Shown here: positions 18,891 to 28,886 of the stretch, one piece after another
How the letters are laid out: every line of letters starts with the position of its first letter
Position numbering within the stretch: the first letter of the stretch is position 1
Source of the DNA: Silvanigrellaceae bacterium
GTDB lineage: Bacteria; Bdellovibrionota_B; Oligoflexia; Silvanigrellales; Silvanigrellaceae
Assembly: GCA_049423385.1 (NCBI GenBank)
Contig: JBMSQQ010000026.1
Location: 1 to 37,454, forward strand
Direction: 5' to 3'
Length of the DNA: 37,454 nucleotides
Made by a program: the position numbers and the translations under genes
The notes under the pieces: model-generated
Databases searched by the model: none
Told to the model about the DNA's origin: nothing
Seen by the model: the letters and a program-made list of their open reading frames with translations, nothing else

Positions 18891-19166
18891 TCAAGAACCA
18901 GTCTTGAGAACAGCAGACTCAGGTGAGCCGGCTGTCGTGCGTCGCCTGTCGTCAATAAGCTCTGCCAAAGCTCGCTTTGCCATCGCGATATGTCCACGCC
19001 GGACGTAATCGGCAACTGAAGCTCCACCAGCCTGATTCAGGGGCGTAAAAACAAGCTCCAATGCTTCCGAATAGTTGACGCCCACGTGTCGCATTGCCAT
19101 CGATACTGCCTCTTCGAAATGGCGATGAAACGCAACCTCGTCCAACCTTGAATGCTTGTAGGCCAT
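18891..19166 (-). CDS. Small protein resembling the Xre/MbcA/ParS antitoxin C-terminal (DUF2384) domain
   Basis: 91 aa with AGGGG RBS. The segment GVNYSEALELVFTPLNQAGGASVADYVRRG...ALAEL matches the domain pattern. Confidence 0.55.
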   Translation of the reverse strand: MAYKHSRLDEVAFHRHFEEAVSMAMRHVGVNYSEALELVFTPLNQAGGASVADYVRRGHIAMAKRALAELIDDRRRTTAGSPESAVLKTGS

Positions 19167-19217
19167 AGTTTAGCCCCTGATAAAATTGATTGCACGTTTA
19201 GAACCGTCCGAAAAACA

Positions 19218-19244
19218 GGTTCGGCGTGCTTTTGTCGCGGTTGA
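19218..19244 (-). promoter_or_regulatory. Sigma-28 (FliA)-type promoter
   Basis: TCAA-N15-GCCGAACC, about 50 nt upstream of ATG 19166. Confidence 0.45.
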
Positions 19245-19267
19245 ACTTTTTGTCTTTAAATCAAATA

Positions 19268-20182
19268 TTACGGCTTTTTATCCATAACAAGGAAACTAAA
19301 AAACGAATACACCAGCCACAGCGTGACTCCCACGCCCAGATGAAGCAGTTGCATCCAAATGGGCGCCATGAGCTGCACATTCACGAAACCGAGTCCAACC
19401 TGCAGCAGAACCAGCAGGGAAAGGCCCCATCCCAAAAACGCACCCCATTTTTCCCGATAAACGTCCCAATGTCTGGTCTGAACGTAAAGCACAACAATTG
19501 TTGTGAAAATAGCCACGACAGGATGTAGCAACCTCAAACGCAGCAAAAAAGGCACTTCACCGTCCAGATAAGCCTGCAATGGAAAAGAACCAACTCCGGA
19601 ATAGAGCGTGTCACCCAACGCGGCAATGGCTCCCGTCATTCCACTCAAAACGAGCAGCACACCGGAAAGCGCAATTCCCGGAACTTTAAAAACATTCTTC
19701 ATCAGCGCAACCCGCACCTTTTGACCTTGCTCGGCTCGCCAAATACAAAGGCAAAGTGAAGTCATCAAAGCAAATGTATTCACAAGGTGCGCAGACATTG
19801 AAAACATCCGCTTCATGGACGCATTGTGGGCAACGAGTTCAAACAACACCAATCCCGCACCAATCAATGCCTCAAGGACGATAAAGACGACGGACCAAGT
19901 GGCTGCCCTGCGCAAAGGATGTTCCTTCGAAACGGCATTTCGCGACAAAACCCAAAGCACAACAACCAGAATCAACGAGAAACCACTTGTGACGCGATGC
20001 GTCAGCTCGATGATTGTTTCAAGTCGCGGCTCTCGCGGGACAACCACACCGTTGCACAATGGCCTATGGTCTCCACAACCAGCTCCTGAACCGGTCGCAC
20101 GCACAAATGCTCCCCACAAAATGACAAGAAGCATGTAGAAAAGCGTGAACCAGCCAAATCGCCGCACAACTTCGATACGCAT
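19268..20182 (-). CDS. ctaA: Heme A synthase (COX15/CtaA family)
   Basis: GAFVRATGSGAGCG..PLCNG, IELTHR, AHL, LLHP, QLLHL, about 8 TM helices. Start 20182 or GTG 20200. Confidence 0.9.
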   Translation of the reverse strand: MRIEVVRRFGWFTLFYMLLVILWGAFVRATGSGAGCGDHRPLCNGVVVPREPRLETIIELTHRVTSGFSLILVVVLWVLSRNAVSKEHPLRRAATWSVVFIVLEALIGAGLVLFELVAHNASMKRMFSMSAHLVNTFALMTSLCLCIWRAEQGQKVRVALMKNVFKVPGIALSGVLLVLSGMTGAIAALGDTLYSGVGSFPLQAYLDGEVPFLLRLRLLHPVVAIFTTIVVLYVQTRHWDVYREKWGAFLGWGLSLLVLLQVGLGFVNVQLMAPIWMQLLHLGVGVTLWLVYSFFSFLVMDKKP

Positions 20183-20397
20183 CAACAACCCCGATTCCAC
20201 CCCGAAAATTCAGGTGCCGCAGCCTTATCAGCCTCGCTGAGTTGCTTGCAAGCCGAAGTGGTGCCGCCCCCTGAAGATTGTCCATAGCGCTCGAGTGACA
20301 TTTTCCTACCGACCCGGTGGTTGTCGGGAAACCCATTGGTCTGATAATTTCAAGACAAGCAAAAAAAAAGACTACGATTGGATGAATTCTCGAGGGC

Positions 20398-20730
20398 GTG
20401 ATGACTGCAGGGTTGATAAAAAAGCTTTCAACAGCTCTGTCGTTCTCGTTGATCCTTTTCTGGACAATCTCCGCCTGCCGACGGGTTGACACCTCGGTCT
20501 CGAGCGGGCTGGCGACCAAGCCCAAAGAAATGTTTGAGGAAAAGGACGCTAAAATCAGATGCCTCGACCGGGCCAAGCAGCTCCGATTGTCGGATGATCA
20601 GCGCTCGAAACTCTGCTCGCTGGCCACTTCAAGCTTTCCGGTGGACTGCTTCAAGCGCAAAACCGAAAAAGAAGGTGTAGCAACCGATACGGCCATCTTC
20701 CAGTGCAGAACCCCGAACCTGCCCCATTGA
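20398..20730 (+). CDS. Small Cys-containing hypothetical lipoprotein
   Basis: Lipobox ISAC, four further Cys, GAGG RBS. Confidence 0.65.
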   Translation: MMTAGLIKKLSTALSFSLILFWTISACRRVDTSVSSGLATKPKEMFEEKDAKIRCLDRAKQLRLSDDQRSKLCSLATSSFPVDCFKRKTEKEGVATDTAIFQCRTPNLPH

Positions 20731-20732
20731 AT

Positions 20733-21335
20733 TCAGCAAGGCTCTGTGTCCACCCATAAATCAACTCGCTGCTCAGCACCGGTCAGATCAATTTGTGATG
20801 AGTCTTCTCCTTCATCCGCAAGGATTTGCAGCAACCAGGATGCCTTGACGGTGACTTGCTGGTCATGTGGCTGGCATTGCGCCAATGCCCCCAGGTCAAA
20901 TGACCTGTAGAGCAAAACACGACCCGAAAATATCGAACCCGAAGGCAATCGACCATTCGATTTGAAATTTTCGCCCAGGATTTCGACAGATCCCAAAAGC
21001 GAAATCTCGGACCTCTGAACTTTTTCAGCAAAAGCAATCACCCTGTGCGAAAGAGTCTTCAGTTTTTGATAGGGTGGCAGACGAAAGACCACGCTCGCCT
21101 CGCAAGACTCCACAACTCGAACAGGCAAGATGCTTCCTGAATTCGACCTTGCAGCAAAGTCGTCAAAAATGAATGTCAATTTGGTTTCATCCACCCGCGT
21201 CTCACGAACAAGACAATTCCCTCCCGTGACCTGAACAGTCGACGAACTCCACTCACCCTTGGCAACCGAATCGAACCCAGCGAACATCAAAAATGCAACA
21301 ATCAGGAACACGTTTTGAATTCCAACTTTCATCAT
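20733..21335 (-). CDS. Secreted protein, DUF4360-like
   Basis: Start after AAGGAGG. Signal peptide, GGNC...LTFIFDDF.A...C...F.LP, C-terminal W...C. Confidence 0.6.
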   Translation of the reverse strand: MMKVGIQNVFLIVAFLMFAGFDSVAKGEWSSSTVQVTGGNCLVRETRVDETKLTFIFDDFAARSNSGSILPVRVVESCEASVVFRLPPYQKLKTLSHRVIAFAEKVQRSEISLLGSVEILGENFKSNGRLPSGSIFSGRVLLYRSFDLGALAQCQPHDQQVTVKASWLLQILADEGEDSSQIDLTGAEQRVDLWVDTEPC

Positions 21336-21462
21336 CCCCTCCTTCCGGATCTTTTTCTGAGCAAAATCTTCCCAACTCATGCAAAAGATTTTTTTGAAAA
21401 AAAAGCGAAGGATCATACTTTTAAGTTCGATTCTTGGCAGCCAATTCGGGAGGATTTCCGCC

Positions 21463-22407
21463 ATGACAATTCTCCGAGGAAAAAGAATTCTTTGTGCAAC
21501 CGACCTTTCTCACCCCACGCTTCAGACCGAACGCAAGGCCTTGTCGCTTGCCCGGGCATTCGACGCGAAAGTGACATTTCTTCATGTCCTGGAAGACGCA
21601 CCACTTTTTCTCGGGCCCATGCCATTTGAGGAAGGACAAAAGTGGGAGCAACTTGAAACGAGGTACCGCGGAGAATTGCTTGCACAAACACTTCAAAGAG
21701 CTGAAAACACTCTGTCAACTCTTCGGGACGAGCACGAGCAATTCCAGATTCAAGTCAAACTGGGCAATGCCGAGAACGAGATCATCAATCTGCTTGAACA
21801 AGACCAAGGTCATTTCGGTGGGGTTATTATAGGACGACATCATCATTCAAAATTGTATTCCACAATCTTTGGCACTGTTGCACAACGGATTCTCGAACAA
21901 AGCCCTGTGCCGGTTGTTGTCTTGCCCATGAATGAGGATTCGCAGCCATTCGAATTGAAGAATATTGGACTTGCAACGACAATGCGTCCCGACTCACATA
22001 CAAGTGAAACAATCCTGCGCGAGTTGTTGGAAGCTGATCCGGGTAAAAAGCGCAGCGCTCACCTGGCCTTTTGTTTTGAGCGGGTGTCTCCAGGATACAG
22101 CGGATTCGAGACGACCGATGCCTACACAACATATCGGGAACTTGAAATGATATACGACCTTGCGGAATCAAGATTGCAAAGGGCAATCGAAGAGCGGGCT
22201 CGAATTCTTCAAGAAGATGGCTTCAATGCCACAGGTCACTTGCTGATTGGCAAAACAGAAGACGAACTCAAACAATTTATCATTGACAACAAATTGGATA
22301 TCCTCATCTTTGGAAGACATGCGAAGGAGGGCTCACACAGGTTCAAAACAGGCCGGGTCGTCAGCCGATTTGTGCGCAACACGCCTTGCATTGCCATTGT
22401 AGGTTAA
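21463..22407 (+). CDS. Universal stress protein (tandem UspA domains)
   Basis: RILCATDLS, FLHV, IIGRH...IFGTVAQRILEQSPVPVVV, second domain LIFGRH...GRVVSRFVRNTPC. GGGAGG RBS before ATG 21463. Confidence 0.9.
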   Translation: MTILRGKRILCATDLSHPTLQTERKALSLARAFDAKVTFLHVLEDAPLFLGPMPFEEGQKWEQLETRYRGELLAQTLQRAENTLSTLRDEHEQFQIQVKLGNAENEIINLLEQDQGHFGGVIIGRHHHSKLYSTIFGTVAQRILEQSPVPVVVLPMNEDSQPFELKNIGLATTMRPDSHTSETILRELLEADPGKKRSAHLAFCFERVSPGYSGFETTDAYTTYRELEMIYDLAESRLQRAIEERARILQEDGFNATGHLLIGKTEDELKQFIIDNKLDILIFGRHAKEGSHRFKTGRVVSRFVRNTPCIAIVG

Positions 22408-22436
22408 ATTCCAATCAAACAGGACAACTATTGAAC

Positions 22437-23729
22437 ATGGTCGACAGTCGAATTGAAACAAAGATCCGTTCACTGGAAGAAGCCTTTGCCTTGTTGCCGC
22501 GTTCGGGAAATGTTGTCGTCGCAATGGCAGCTGCAGAGCCTGGGCTTTTTTTTAAGAATCTCCATTCACACGCCGCAAAGCACTCCGAGCTTCGAATCCA
22601 TTGTGCCAATCCCACGCAACCTTATCCGTGTTTTTCCGACATCGGCTTGAACGACCATTTCCATTTCAATGTGATGTTCCTGACCGCTGCGGTCCGCAAT
22701 CTGCAAGGACACAATCTTCTTCACTACGTGCCTCAGCATTTGTCACGATGGTCGCAAAACCTGAGCCGTCGTCATGAAGTGGATGTCTTCTGGGGAACCT
22801 GCAGCCCACCCACTCCAAATGGTTTCGTCAGCTTGGGAGTGAATATCTGCTATGAAAGCGAATTGCTCCGAAAGGCCCGAAAGGTCGTTCTTGAGATCAA
22901 CCCCAATATGCCCGTTGTCTATGGCGACACTTTTGTCCCGGTTGAACAGGTTGACGTTTTTCTGCACAACACCAGACCTCTGCCGGTTTTGATTTCGGAG
23001 GAGCCCACCTCAGAGGATAGACAAATCGCCCAACACATTTCCGAGCTGGTGCCGGATGGAGCGACTCTGCAACTCGGAATTGGAGGCATTCCAAACGCCA
23101 TCGGAGAGTATCTCACTCATAAAAAGGATTTGGGTGTTCACACGGAACTTCTCACCGAATCGATGCGAACCTTGTATGAGCACGGCGTCATCACCGGCGC
23201 AAGAAAAACACTTTGGCCGCGAAAAATGGTCGCCACATTCGTTTACGGCTCGGAATCTCTATACAAAATTGTGGGCGAAAATCCGACCGTCGAAAATCAC
23301 CCTGCTTCGATAATCAACGATCCCAACCGCATCTGCCGCAACCACAAGATTAGCTCAATCAACACCGCGGTGGAGGTGGACATCACCGGACAGGTCTGCT
23401 CGGAATCCATTGGTCACAAGGAACTGAGCGGAGTGGGCGGTGCAACAGATACACATTTGGGAGCGCAGCGTTCCGAGGGGGGCAAGGGAATCATCGCCCT
23501 GCGCTCCACCACAGCCGATGGAAAAACTTCGAAAATCACTTTCGAACTCAAGCCTGGCGCCAAGGTCTCCATCAGCCGCAACGACATCGACACCGTTGTC
23601 ACCGAATACGGAATTGCCGAACTTGTCGGATTGTCGGTGGGGGAACGCGCAAGGGCTCTCATCCGGATTGCCCACCCGAGCATGCGGGAAGAGCTGATGT
23701 TCAACGCCCAGCGTGCAGGATATATTTGA
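22437..23729 (+). CDS. Acetyl-CoA hydrolase/transferase family protein (4-hydroxybutyrate CoA-transferase-like)
   Basis: DGATLQLGIGGIP, GVHTEL (catalytic Glu), INTAVEVDITGQVCSE, VVTEYGIA, RARALIRIAHP. Confidence 0.9.
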   Translation: MVDSRIETKIRSLEEAFALLPRSGNVVVAMAAAEPGLFFKNLHSHAAKHSELRIHCANPTQPYPCFSDIGLNDHFHFNVMFLTAAVRNLQGHNLLHYVPQHLSRWSQNLSRRHEVDVFWGTCSPPTPNGFVSLGVNICYESELLRKARKVVLEINPNMPVVYGDTFVPVEQVDVFLHNTRPLPVLISEEPTSEDRQIAQHISELVPDGATLQLGIGGIPNAIGEYLTHKKDLGVHTELLTESMRTLYEHGVITGARKTLWPRKMVATFVYGSESLYKIVGENPTVENHPASIINDPNRICRNHKISSINTAVEVDITGQVCSESIGHKELSGVGGATDTHLGAQRSEGGKGIIALRSTTADGKTSKITFELKPGAKVSISRNDIDTVVTEYGIAELVGLSVGERARALIRIAHPSMREELMFNAQRAGYI

Positions 23730-23790
23730 AAAATCGAGCTTGACCCTGTCTCTATCGATCCGTAGATTGCCGCAATCCAAGGAGGTTTGC

Positions 23791-24579
23791 ATGAACGGAC
23801 GATTTGCGATTGTATTTGCGGCAACCTGCATGCTTCTTTTGGCCTGCGGCAAAATCCCCGAGGCCGAAACCCGCCTTCTCTCCCGCCTTGAAACGGCGGA
23901 TTTCATCGTGGAAACGTTTGAGATTTCCCAGCAAAATCTTCAGCCTTCCGGAGAGGAACTGGAGTCAATCAAAGCATCAATCTCCGCACAGCAGGAATCC
24001 CTGAATACCCAACCGAAGGTCGAAAACGGGGGCATAATTGAGCGCTCTGTCCTTGAGGACGGGATTGGCGATCGCATCGACACCGTGACCAGAATCGTCA
24101 ATGCCTTTGCCGATATCATGAAAAAAGTGGTCGCCCCCGACACACCGCTCATGAAAGGCAATGTCATTGCCGAGGCTCGCCCCGAAGGCCTGCAACCCAT
24201 CGACCTGCAGAACAGCAAATACGCTGGAAAGACGTTCAAGAAGCGATTCAAAAGTCTCATGGGCTTCACACTTGTCGAGACCGAATACAAAATCACCTAT
24301 GCCTATGCAGCCGACAACAATGGCAAAGGACAGTACATTCCGTACGTTCTTTTCACTCCGATGAAAATTGTGCTCGACCCTCTTTGGCATTTGGAAGCCG
24401 ACTCCCTCTCGCTCGCTCCCAGAAATTCCGGTACACTCGAGAATCCCATCGCCGCACTCGAATTCAATCTTGCATTCAAGGCGAAAGGTCTGACAGGCAC
24501 TGTGATGGCTGCAGACACGTTTTCCTTGAACGCCCAGACAGGTGAGCTCGTGTTCGACGGGAGGGATTTTCAGCCGTAG
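23791..24579 (+). CDS. Hypothetical lipoprotein
   Basis: AAGGAGG RBS, lipobox LLAC, beta-rich C-terminal domain (GKGQYI, NSGTLENPIA). Confidence 0.75.
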   Translation: MNGRFAIVFAATCMLLLACGKIPEAETRLLSRLETADFIVETFEISQQNLQPSGEELESIKASISAQQESLNTQPKVENGGIIERSVLEDGIGDRIDTVTRIVNAFADIMKKVVAPDTPLMKGNVIAEARPEGLQPIDLQNSKYAGKTFKKRFKSLMGFTLVETEYKITYAYAADNNGKGQYIPYVLFTPMKIVLDPLWHLEADSLSLAPRNSGTLENPIAALEFNLAFKAKGLTGTVMAADTFSLNAQTGELVFDGRDFQP

Positions 24580-24612
24580 TTCTTTTTCAATTCTCAGCAA
24601 GGAGCGCAGAGA

Positions 24613-25809
24613 ATGAATTTTCCAACGGATGGTCTTCGCGCCGCGCACAACTTGAGCGCGGGCATTGTTCCTCGTACCACGTCCTCTGATATTGTTGAGA
24701 TGAGTTGGTTCGCCCCAATTTGTTCGGATGATTTTGAATATCTGGGTGTTCCGGAGTCCCGCCTCAAAAGTTCATGGTCACACGTCTCAAAAATTGCAAT
24801 CGAAGCTGAAAAACAAGGGTTCGACAACATGTTGTGCCCCAGCAGCTATCAGGTTGGGCAAGACACGCTCACCTTTGCTTCTGCATTGGCTCCGCAACTC
24901 AAGAAAATGAGTCTCCTGGCAGCCATCCGTTGCGGAGAAGTGCACCCTGCTATGCTCGCGCGAACTCTTGCAACCCTCGACCATCTTCTCGAAGGGCGAC
25001 TGACGGTCAACATCATTTCGTCTGACCTTCCCGGCGAAACGATGGACTCGAAAGCACGCTATGCCCGCTCGCGCGAAGTTTGCCAGATTCTGCGCCAGTG
25101 CTGGACGCAAGAAGAAATCAACTTTGAAGGCGAATTTTATAAACTGAGATTGCCCACCGCGCCCGTCAAGCCTTACCAGCAAAACGGCGGCCCCTTGCTT
25201 TATTTTGGTGGGCTTTCACCCGACGCACTGGATCTTTGTGCACGCGAATGTGACGTGTTCTTGATGTGGCCCGAGACTGAAGATCGCCTGCGTGCGCACA
25301 TGCAGGAAATGACCCGTCGCTCTGAAGCTTATGGCCGGCGTGTGGACTTTGGATTGCGGGTTCACATGATTGTCCGCGAAACAGAACAAGAAGCAGCTGC
25401 TGCAGCCCGAAAACTCGTTTCAAAACTTGATGACGGCAAGGGTTCCGAGATTCGCAACCGGGCTCTTGATGCCAAGTCATTTGGTGTCGCAATGCAAGCC
25501 GAAATGCGTTCGATGGCGGATGAAGACGGCTATGCCGAAGAACTTTTGTGGACGGGTGTGGGCCGAGCACGCTCGGGCTGTGGCTGCGCACTGGTGGGAA
25601 CACCAGACCAGATCGTTGCCAAATTGAACCGCTACATCGACATGGGTATTCGCTCGTTCGTTCTCTCGGGTTACCCTCACCTTGATGAATGCGGGCTCGT
25701 TGGCCGGTACGTTCTTCCACACTTTCGCAGGGGCAAACTGGCCGAAATCCAGGGCCGCATTCCCGCAACTCTTCCCAACACACCCCTTGGAGCAGGAATC
25801 CGTCAATGA
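24613..25809 (+). CDS. smoC: LLM-class flavin-dependent monooxygenase, sulfoquinovose monooxygenase (SmoC/SquD)-like
   Basis: [83 protein letters not shown] and TPLG.G.R match my recollection of Agrobacterium SmoC much better than SsuD. Gene context agrees. Confidence 0.82.
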   Translation: MNFPTDGLRAAHNLSAGIVPRTTSSDIVEMSWFAPICSDDFEYLGVPESRLKSSWSHVSKIAIEAEKQGFDNMLCPSSYQVGQDTLTFASALAPQLKKMSLLAAIRCGEVHPAMLARTLATLDHLLEGRLTVNIISSDLPGETMDSKARYARSREVCQILRQCWTQEEINFEGEFYKLRLPTAPVKPYQQNGGPLLYFGGLSPDALDLCARECDVFLMWPETEDRLRAHMQEMTRRSEAYGRRVDFGLRVHMIVRETEQEAAAAARKLVSKLDDGKGSEIRNRALDAKSFGVAMQAEMRSMADEDGYAEELLWTGVGRARSGCGCALVGTPDQIVAKLNRYIDMGIRSFVLSGYPHLDECGLVGRYVLPHFRRGKLAEIQGRIPATLPNTPLGAGIRQ

Positions 25810-26699
25810 AAAACAACTTTGAAATGTCTCCCTTGGTTTTTGGCGCCTGGCGTTTGGCAGATGTTCCTGCGGAAGCAAATCCCGATTCCGTGGCACGCAA
25901 GATCACCATGGCACTCGAGCACGGCATCACGACGTTCGACCACGCCGACATTTATGGAAACTATGAATGCGAAGACCTGTTTGGCCGCGCTGTCGCCAAA
26001 CACGGAATTCCGCGCGAGAAGATGAAACTCATCACCAAGTGTGGAATCAAGCTGGTTTCAACCAACCGCCCGCAACATGGCATTAAGACATACGACACAA
26101 GCGCAAAGCACATTGTGACCTCGGTTGAAACTTCTCTCAAGAATTTGCGCACCGACAGCATCGACCTGCTGCTGATCCACAGGCCGGACCCACTGATGAA
26201 CCCCGCAGAAGTGAATGAAACCTTCAACACACTGCACAAACAGGGCAAGGTGAAGGCATTTGGTGTTTCGAATTTCACCACGACGCAGGTGCGCATGCTG
26301 CAGTCGCAGTTGACGCTTCCGCTGGTCAGCAACCAGATTGAATTCTCGGTTCTGAACAACACAGCCATGTTCAACGGGCAGCTGGATCAGTGCATTGAAA
26401 TGAACATGGTTCCCATGGCGTGGTCTCCACTTGCAGGTGGACGCCTGTTCACCCAAACTGATGAACGCAGCATGCGCTTGCGCGAATGTCTGTCGACACT
26501 GGCAAAAAAGTACAATGTGACAAGCCCGGAAACGATCGCTTATGCATGGCTGATGAGACATCCTTCGCGTGTTGTTCCGGTTTTGGGTACCGGCAAGGAA
26601 GAGCGTCTGAAAGCCGCTGTCGGTGCGCTCAAGGTGCAACTTGAACATGAAGACTGGTTCCACATTCTCAAGGCATCGGTTGGCCATGACGTGCCGTAA
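25806..26699 (+). CDS. smoB: Aldo/keto reductase (YdhF-like), SmoB/SquF-like 6-oxo-glucose reductase
   Basis: [60 protein letters not shown] overlap with smoC. The family call is solid; the ortholog call rests on context. Confidence 0.75.
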   Translation: MKNNFEMSPLVFGAWRLADVPAEANPDSVARKITMALEHGITTFDHADIYGNYECEDLFGRAVAKHGIPREKMKLITKCGIKLVSTNRPQHGIKTYDTSAKHIVTSVETSLKNLRTDSIDLLLIHRPDPLMNPAEVNETFNTLHKQGKVKAFGVSNFTTTQVRMLQSQLTLPLVSNQIEFSVLNNTAMFNGQLDQCIEMNMVPMAWSPLAGGRLFTQTDERSMRLRECLSTLAKKYNVTSPETIAYAWLMRHPSRVVPVLGTGKEERLKAAVGALKVQLEHEDWFHILKASVGHDVP

Positions 26700-27999
26700 T
26701 TTGCGCGCGTCTTGTGGCTTCTTGCTGGCAGCGCTTTCTGGCTTGGTTGCATGCACCTGGAAACCCTTCGGCAGTGCAGGAAACGGAAAGCCGGTTGTGA
26801 AAGTGCTCACATTCCGTGACAGACAATCGGCAGCGTTGAGGGATGCACTGCCGGAGTTCGAGGCACAGCACGACGTGCGCGTGCAATTCGATGACATTCC
26901 AGCCTCGACGGTCGCAACCAAAATGATGACCGACCTTGCTGCCGGCGGAACATACGATGTTTATGCGGTCGACGAACCGTTTATTCCACAGTTTCACGAG
27001 GCACTCCTACCCGTGGAACAATGGCCGGTTCAGATGCCACAGGGCGAACTTTCAAAATTTGAAGACCGGGCCATGGAAGCGGCACGCGTGAATGGCACGA
27101 CGATTGGATTGCCGGTGAATGGCAATGTTTATCAGTACGTGTACCGCAAAGACCTGTTTGAATCGCCAGACGAGAAGGCTGCATTTCGGCAGCGCTTCGG
27201 CAGAGAGCTTCGCCCTGCCGCCAACATGAATGAGCTCATTCAAGTCGCGCAGTTTTTCCACCGCCCACCCAAGCTGTATGGCTTTGCACCATTCACAAAA
27301 ATGTCGGAAGGAACCACTGTCGAATTGCTTTGGCTTCTTGCGGCCAACGGCGCTGCACTGGGGCAGGCGAATACCACTTTCGACAATCCGACCATCGAAA
27401 ACGCGCTGCGCAATTATTCCGAGCTGCTGAAGACAGCGCCGAAGTCCGCACGCGCTTGGCATCACACCGAAAGAATGTCGGCCTATGCCAAAGGCAAGGT
27501 TGCCCAGATGATGACCTGGAACAGCTTCTTTTTCGATTTGGAAGATGAACACAAATCATTGGTCGTCGGCAAAACGGGATACGCGGAATCACCCGGAACA
27601 CATTCCACCAGCCTTGCAGGCAGCTGGATTGCGGGTGTTAGAAAAAGCTCATCCAACGCAGCCGCGGCCAGCGCGTTTGTCCGCTGGTGGACATCGTTTG
27701 AAGTCAACTCCAACCTCGTACACAAGGGCTTGAGCAGTGCGCGCAGTGATGTGCTCACAAACGGACCTCTGGCTGATAAATTCCCTTGGCTGACCACGAC
27801 TCATCTCAATTTTCAACGGGCGTTTTTGCGACCGCGCCACAAGAATTATCGCGCAACATCCGACGAAGTCAGCAAAGCCTTCACCCGATGGATTGCAGGT
27901 CAGACAACTGACACCGAAGCTGCAGCAGCGTTGCGGATTGCCTTGGCGCGCATGGATGAATTGGCACCAGGCCGCATGGCCGGCAAGGAGCCGCGCTGA
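26686..27999 (+). CDS. Carbohydrate ABC transporter substrate-binding lipoprotein
   Basis: Lipobox LVAC, YDVYAVD, GLPVNG..YVYRKDLF, GKVAQMMTW, LAGSW, AFVRW. Confidence 0.9.
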   Translation: MTCRNLRASCGFLLAALSGLVACTWKPFGSAGNGKPVVKVLTFRDRQSAALRDALPEFEAQHDVRVQFDDIPASTVATKMMTDLAAGGTYDVYAVDEPFIPQFHEALLPVEQWPVQMPQGELSKFEDRAMEAARVNGTTIGLPVNGNVYQYVYRKDLFESPDEKAAFRQRFGRELRPAANMNELIQVAQFFHRPPKLYGFAPFTKMSEGTTVELLWLLAANGAALGQANTTFDNPTIENALRNYSELLKTAPKSARAWHHTERMSAYAKGKVAQMMTWNSFFFDLEDEHKSLVVGKTGYAESPGTHSTSLAGSWIAGVRKSSSNAAAASAFVRWWTSFEVNSNLVHKGLSSARSDVLTNGPLADKFPWLTTTHLNFQRAFLRPRHKNYRATSDEVSKAFTRWIAGQTTDTEAAAALRIALARMDELAPGRMAGKEPR

Positions 28000-28886
28000 T
28001 GATGAGCACCAAACTCCAACGTTCGCTGGTCGTTTTTCTATTTCCAGGCTGTGCGCTGCTCACGCTGCTGATCGGCTGGCCCATTCTTCAGAGTGCTTTC
28101 AGTTCACTCACCCTGTTGCCGTCGGGACCTGCAGGCAAACAATTGTTTGCCGGTGCAACCCACTACAAAAATCTTCTCAGCCAAAATTCATTCTGGAATT
28201 CGATCTGGTTGGCAGTTCTTTTCACGGTTGTTACAACTGCTCTCGAACTCTGCATCGGATTGGTTGTGTCATTGTTTCTTTATTTCCAAAAGACCTTGCC
28301 ACGCCTCGTCGAAATACTTCTCATTTTGCCGATGTTCATTCTGCCGGTCGTGTCTGGGCTCACCTTCCGTTACATTTATGATCCCAACGATGGCCCCTTG
28401 TCGTTTGTCTTTGATGCTTTGGGTATTGAACCTGCTGCGCCATTGGCGGATCCTTTCTGGGCGTTTTGGTCGATTGTTCTTCAGGACATCTGGCGGATGT
28501 GGCCTTTCCTGTTTTTGATTGTCTATGCTGGCCTCAAAGCCTTGCCGCGCTCTGCACAGGAAGCGGCGCGCATGGACGGCGCAAGCACATGGCAGATCAT
28601 CAAATTCATACTTTTGCCTGCATTGCGTCCCACACTCGGTATTGCCGTGGGGCTCAAGATCATGGAGTCGCTCAAGGTTTTCACTGAGGTTTACGTCATG
28701 ACGGGCGGCGGCCCGGGCGACTCGACGTCGTTGTTGTCGCTTTACGTCGTCAAGCAGGCTTTCCACTTTTTCCAGACGGGGCCAGCCTCGGCAGCGTCCA
28801 TCTTGTTGCTGGCCTTTGGCATGGCACTCGCGTGGTCAATCACACGCATTCAAAATCGAACAGCACCTGCGGGGAGTGCGCATTGA
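27999..28886 (+). CDS. Carbohydrate ABC transporter permease (MalF-type)
   Basis: DIWRMWPF, EAARMDGAS (EAA loop), VMTGGGPG. TGATG coupling to the upstream gene. Confidence 0.93.
   Translation: MMSTKLQRSLVVFLFPGCALLTLLIGWPILQSAFSSLTLLPSGPAGKQLFAGATHYKNLLSQNSFWNSIWLAVLFTVVTTALELCIGLVVSLFLYFQKTLPRLVEILLILPMFILPVVSGLTFRYIYDPNDGPLSFVFDALGIEPAAPLADPFWAFWSIVLQDIWRMWPFLFLIVYAGLKALPRSAQEAARMDGASTWQIIKFILLPALRPTLGIAVGLKIMESLKVFTEVYVMTGGGPGDSTSLLSLYVVKQAFHFFQTGPASAASILLLAFGMALAWSITRIQNRTAPAGSAH

Noticed and set aside
20050..20080. AGG reassigned to Trp (alternative genetic code)
   Set aside because: AGG encodes conserved Arg elsewhere: RecD2 FRVGDKV (about 2930) and AKR IHRPD (about 26181).
20209..20275. 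TPP riboswitch
   Set aside because: GGCTGA and ACCTGA fragments are present, but CUGAGA and the downstream conserved elements are missing, and ctaA is not a thiamine gene.
24613..25809. Plain alkanesulfonate monooxygenase SsuD
   Set aside because: Motifs and the sugar-transport/GH31 context fit SmoC. No ssuEABC-type genes are present.
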